A stretch of DNA of 57,800 bases from an uncultured Gammaproteobacteria bacterium (GTDB lineage: Bacteria > Patescibacteriota > Patescibacteriia > Magasanikbacterales > UBA922). The stretch lies in assembly GCA_964433095.1 (NCBI GenBank), contig CAYSPW010000004.1, positions 1 to 57,800 of the forward strand. Reading direction: 5' to 3'. Under the pieces are notes generated by a model, which saw only the letters and a program-made list of their open reading frames with translations, did not search any database and had not been told where the DNA came from. Position numbers and translations under genes: made by a program. Shown here one piece after another: positions 54,669 through 57,800 of the stretch (position 1 is the first letter of the stretch; every line of letters starts with the position of its first letter).

Positions 54669-56258
54669 ATGACTAAATATACCGCTATCATAGGCATGGA
54701 GGTGCATGTGGAGCTTAAAACCGATAGTAAAATGTTCTGTCGTTGTGCCAACCGGCCGCATGAAGGGCAGCCGAATCAAAATATTTGCGAAATATGCACC
54801 GGACAGCCGGGAACACTGCCCGTGCCCAATAAAAAGGCGATTGAGTGGACCGTAAAAATAGGAAAGGCGCTTAATTGTCAAATACGAGAGTTGTCCAAAT
54901 TTGACCGCAAGCATTATTTCTATCCGGATCTGCCCAAGGCTTACCAAATATCACAATACGATGAACCGATAGCGGAAAACGGCTTTATCAAACTGTATTT
55001 TCCTTTGCGGGATAATGTCCGCGATAGCGTTAAAATAGGCATCGCCAGGGTCCATTTGGAAGAAGATACGGCCAAATTGAACCACGACGAAAAATCCACT
55101 TTGGTTGATTTTAATCGCGCCGGCACTCCTTTGGTAGAGATAGTAACCAATCCGGACTTTTTGACCGCGCTTGAAGCCAAGACCTATTGTCAAGAATTAA
55201 GGCGACTGATGCGCTTTTTAAAAGTTAGCGACGCGGATATGGAAAAAGGACAGATGCGCTGTGAAGCGAATGTATCGGTGCAGCCAAGCGGCAGTTTTGA
55301 AATAGTGGGGTCTGAAGTTAAGCCGCTCAAAGGATACAATCTCAGTGCCAAAGTGGAGCTGAAAAATTTAAATTCGTTCAAATCCGTGGAAAAAGCGATT
55401 CAATACGAAATAAAAAGACAAATCCGAATGCTGGAAATCGGTGAAAGCTGGGAGCAAGAAACACGCGGCTTTGATGAAAAAAAGCAAATTACGGTCTTGC
55501 AAAGAGTGAAAGAGAACGCCCGCGACTATCGCTATTTTCCCGAACCGGATATTCCCCCTTTTCATCCGCTCGCGCTGGCGGCAGATTTGTCTTTGGGCGA
55601 ACTGCCGCAACAAAAAACGGAGCGTTTCCGAAATGAATATGGTTTTTCACATTCGGACAGCATCATTTTGACGCAAAGCCGACAATGGGCCGATTTTACC
55701 GAGGCGGTCATGAGTGAGTTAATTGACTGGCTCTATTCACTCCCGGAAATAAAGGGAGAATCAGATCAGATAAAAGAAAACAAAAAGAATAAGGTGGCCA
55801 AACTGGCGGGCGGATGGATGACCAGTAAGCTGAACGGTATTTTGTCTGAAAAAAATATAAATCTATCCGCTATTAAATTCACCGCGGAAAATTTTGCCGA
55901 ATTAATTGCCTTGATCTACGCCGGCCGAGTGAACTCCACCAATGCCATGAAAATACTTAAGCGGATGGTTGAATCAAAGAAAGATTTGGACCCTACTCAC
56001 GTGATGGAAGAAAAAGGCTATGGACAAATCTCGGACGAAAAACTGCTATCGCGGTATATTGATCAGATAATTGACGGCTACCCACAACAAGTGAAAGAGT
56101 ACCGTGCAGGGAAACGAGAAGTACTTAAATTCCTCACCGGCATGGTCATGAAAGCTACTGAAGGCAGCGCCGATCCGCAGGTGGTAAATCAACTTTTTAA
56201 GCAAAAATTAAAAAAAATAGCCAAAAATCCTTGTCGGGCGAGAATTTTTAGTTCATAG
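54669..56258 (+). CDS. gatB: Asp-tRNA(Asn)/Glu-tRNA(Gln) amidotransferase subunit B
   Basis: YTAIIGMEVHVELKTDSKMFC.C, DRKHYFYPDLPKAYQISQ, and RVHLEEDTAKL. Confidence 0.93.
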   Translation: MTKYTAIIGMEVHVELKTDSKMFCRCANRPHEGQPNQNICEICTGQPGTLPVPNKKAIEWTVKIGKALNCQIRELSKFDRKHYFYPDLPKAYQISQYDEPIAENGFIKLYFPLRDNVRDSVKIGIARVHLEEDTAKLNHDEKSTLVDFNRAGTPLVEIVTNPDFLTALEAKTYCQELRRLMRFLKVSDADMEKGQMRCEANVSVQPSGSFEIVGSEVKPLKGYNLSAKVELKNLNSFKSVEKAIQYEIKRQIRMLEIGESWEQETRGFDEKKQITVLQRVKENARDYRYFPEPDIPPFHPLALAADLSLGELPQQKTERFRNEYGFSHSDSIILTQSRQWADFTEAVMSELIDWLYSLPEIKGESDQIKENKKNKVAKLAGGWMTSKLNGILSEKNINLSAIKFTAENFAELIALIYAGRVNSTNAMKILKRMVESKKDLDPTHVMEEKGYGQISDEKLLSRYIDQIIDGYPQQVKEYRAGKREVLKFLTGMVMKATEGSADPQVVNQLFKQKLKKIAKNPCRARIFSS

Positions 56259-56796
56259 TATCAATTCTGGTTTTGTAAAGCTTGGCATCTTCGGCGCTAA
56301 TCCTTCCTCTTTTACTGGCTCTATCTATCTTCACTTTCATTCTGATTCTATCTTTATAGGTTAATTTAGCGTCCTCCACTGATTGATCGGTGGTTTCACG
56401 CACCAGCTGATCAAAAAATTGCTTGCCTTGTTTTTTCTCTTCGGCCACTCGTTCGGCCAAGCGACGGCGGGCATAATCATAACGCTTAACATCGGCATCA
56501 GGATGGTAGATTGAATCCATGACCGACCTTTTCTGATCCGTTTTTTTTTCCATGGCCCGCGAAATGGACGAAGTTGCCTTTCTATTCCCGCGCAGACGCG
56601 AGACCGAAGTCTTGGCTCCGGTATAACCTGCTTTTCTTTTCTCAGCCCGCGAAGCCGATACAGCGACCCGGCCGCGATCGCTTCTATGCCGCAGCGTGGA
56701 TACGGACAAATCCTGCGCCCTGATAAATCCTCTCGGTCGCTTGAAGGCGGAAACATTTTTTTTGATTGGTGTGACTTTTGAAATTGGTAGAGCCAT
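56248..56796 (-). CDS. basic hypothetical protein downstream of miaA
   Basis: 182-aa ORF; R/K/S-rich N-terminal half and helical C-terminal half. Not Hfq-like. Confidence 0.5.
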   Translation of the reverse strand: MALPISKVTPIKKNVSAFKRPRGFIRAQDLSVSTLRHRSDRGRVAVSASRAEKRKAGYTGAKTSVSRLRGNRKATSSISRAMEKKTDQKRSVMDSIYHPDADVKRYDYARRRLAERVAEEKKQGKQFFDQLVRETTDQSVEDAKLTYKDRIRMKVKIDRASKRGRISAEDAKLYKTRIDTMN

Positions 56797-56802
56797 AATT
56801 TG

Positions 56803-57741
56803 TTATTTATTCAAAAAGTTTGATACCAGCTCATCGGCCTGCTGTAGTGTTTCACACCATATAATTCTATCGTCGCGCTTGAACCAAGCCGCTTGCCTCC
56901 TGGCATAACGGCGGGTATCGCGCTTGAGTGTCTTAATCGCTTCATCCAGGGATATTTTGCCTTCAAAATACGGTTTGAACTGGCGATAACCGATTCCGCT
57001 CATACTGGGTAAATGCCAACCATATTTTTGCCTGCGCAGCGCTTCCACTTCCTTAAGCAGCCCCATCTTCATCATCTCTTCCACGCGATCATCTATGCGC
57101 CTGTCCAATACCTCTTTCGGCACCTTAATGCCAATTTGCAAAATTTCAAACAACGGCTCTCCTTTTTCCCGCAGCTTGGAAAAAGTTTCACCGCTCAGGA
57201 TGCATACCTCAAGAGCGCGAATAACGCGGCGCTTATTCTCGCGATCGATTTTCTTGGCCGCTCCCTGGTCCATTTTTTCCAGTAATTTCATCAGCTCTTG
57301 ATTGGTTTTTTCTTCCAAACTTTGACGCAATTTTTTGTTAGGCGGAACGCGCGGAATGCGATAATTGTCCACTATGGACTGAATATACAGTCCGGTGCCG
57401 CCGGCGATAATGGGAACTCGGTTATTTTTATAGGCCATTTTGCAGTACTTTAGAGCCTTATCCCTGAACTCGGCCACCGTGAAATGCTTGCCCGGGTCCA
57501 AAAAATCAATCAGGTGATGCGGAATATCATCAATATAATAAGTTTTTCTCAGCCCGTTGCGGCGCCATTCGCCCGGTTCTTTGGCCGTGCCGATATCCAT
57601 TTTCTTATAGATCTGGCGCGAATCAGTGGAAATAATTTCTCCGTGGTATTTTTTGGCTAACTCAATGCTCCAACTGGTTTTACCGCAAGCGGTCGAACCC
57701 AAAATTACGATAAGTTTTGGTAATTTTTTTTCTTCTTTCAT
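56803..57741 (-). CDS. miaA: tRNA dimethylallyltransferase
   Basis: LIVILGSTACGKTS P-loop, DSRQIYKKMDIGTAK, and PHHLID. Start chosen at MKEEKK. Confidence 0.9.
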   Translation of the reverse strand: MKEEKKLPKLIVILGSTACGKTSWSIELAKKYHGEIISTDSRQIYKKMDIGTAKEPGEWRRNGLRKTYYIDDIPHHLIDFLDPGKHFTVAEFRDKALKYCKMAYKNNRVPIIAGGTGLYIQSIVDNYRIPRVPPNKKLRQSLEEKTNQELMKLLEKMDQGAAKKIDRENKRRVIRALEVCILSGETFSKLREKGEPLFEILQIGIKVPKEVLDRRIDDRVEEMMKMGLLKEVEALRRQKYGWHLPSMSGIGYRQFKPYFEGKISLDEAIKTLKRDTRRYARRQAAWFKRDDRIIWCETLQQADELVSNFLNK

Positions 57742-57800
57742 ATATATTATTTGTAAGAATGTCAAGCGTTGTTTACAATTCAGTTGGATAAAAGTAATCA

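Noticed and set aside
56248-56796. The position downstream of miaA suggested hfq.
   Set aside because: The 182-aa protein is basic and low-complexity with no Sm1/Sm2-like motifs, so it is not Hfq.

Overview
This 57.8-kb window is densely coding (about 60 CDS, 2 tRNAs) with no rRNA, CRISPR array, transposase or integrase that I could see. All calls below rest on motif recognition in the supplied translations and on hand reading of the DNA; no database search was possible. From gene content I infer a small-genome, Patescibacteria/CPR-like bacterium: charged tails on housekeeping proteins, a giant pilin-like protein, and mostly A/T-rich leaders lacking a Shine-Dalgarno (SD) sequence. It uses the standard genetic code, because both RF1 and RF2 are present. 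Housekeeping content, in order: tsaC (partial), prfB, groES-groEL behind a CIRCE operator, yidC, nusA, pcm, trpS, RNase J, a family-5 substrate-binding protein, secG, rpmE, prfA-prmC, L25, FtsW/RodA, gyrB, a lytic transglycosylase, secE-nusG-rplK...rplA, a contiguous thymidylate/dTTP module (dCMP deaminase, P-loop kinase, thyA, dut, DHFR-like, tmk), gatB, miaA, tRNA-Asn(GTT) and tRNA-Leu(CAG). The most unusual locus is 15.4-22.9 kb on the minus strand. An ECF-type sigma factor gene overlaps the start of an 1866-aa single-pass membrane protein that resembles an alpha-2-macroglobulin (A2M) lacking the thioester motif. A 129-aa Hint / bacterial-intein-like (BIL) self-processing domain (Cys1, TxxH, terminal His-Asn, but Glu at +1) sits where A2M proteins carry their protease bait region. 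A membrane-anchored Memo-like protein and a Cys-rich small protein follow on the same strand. Other items worth a second look: a 675-aa pilin-like protein with two tandem ~130-aa modules; an ~0.85-kb non-coding, structure-rich gap upstream of the groES promoter; a promoter-to-hairpin ~185-nt unit abutting tRNA-Asn; rplK and rplA split by a 2-hydroxyacid dehydrogenase; a frameshifted gene with a consensus promoter; and a GC-rich two-gene islet with a strong SD.
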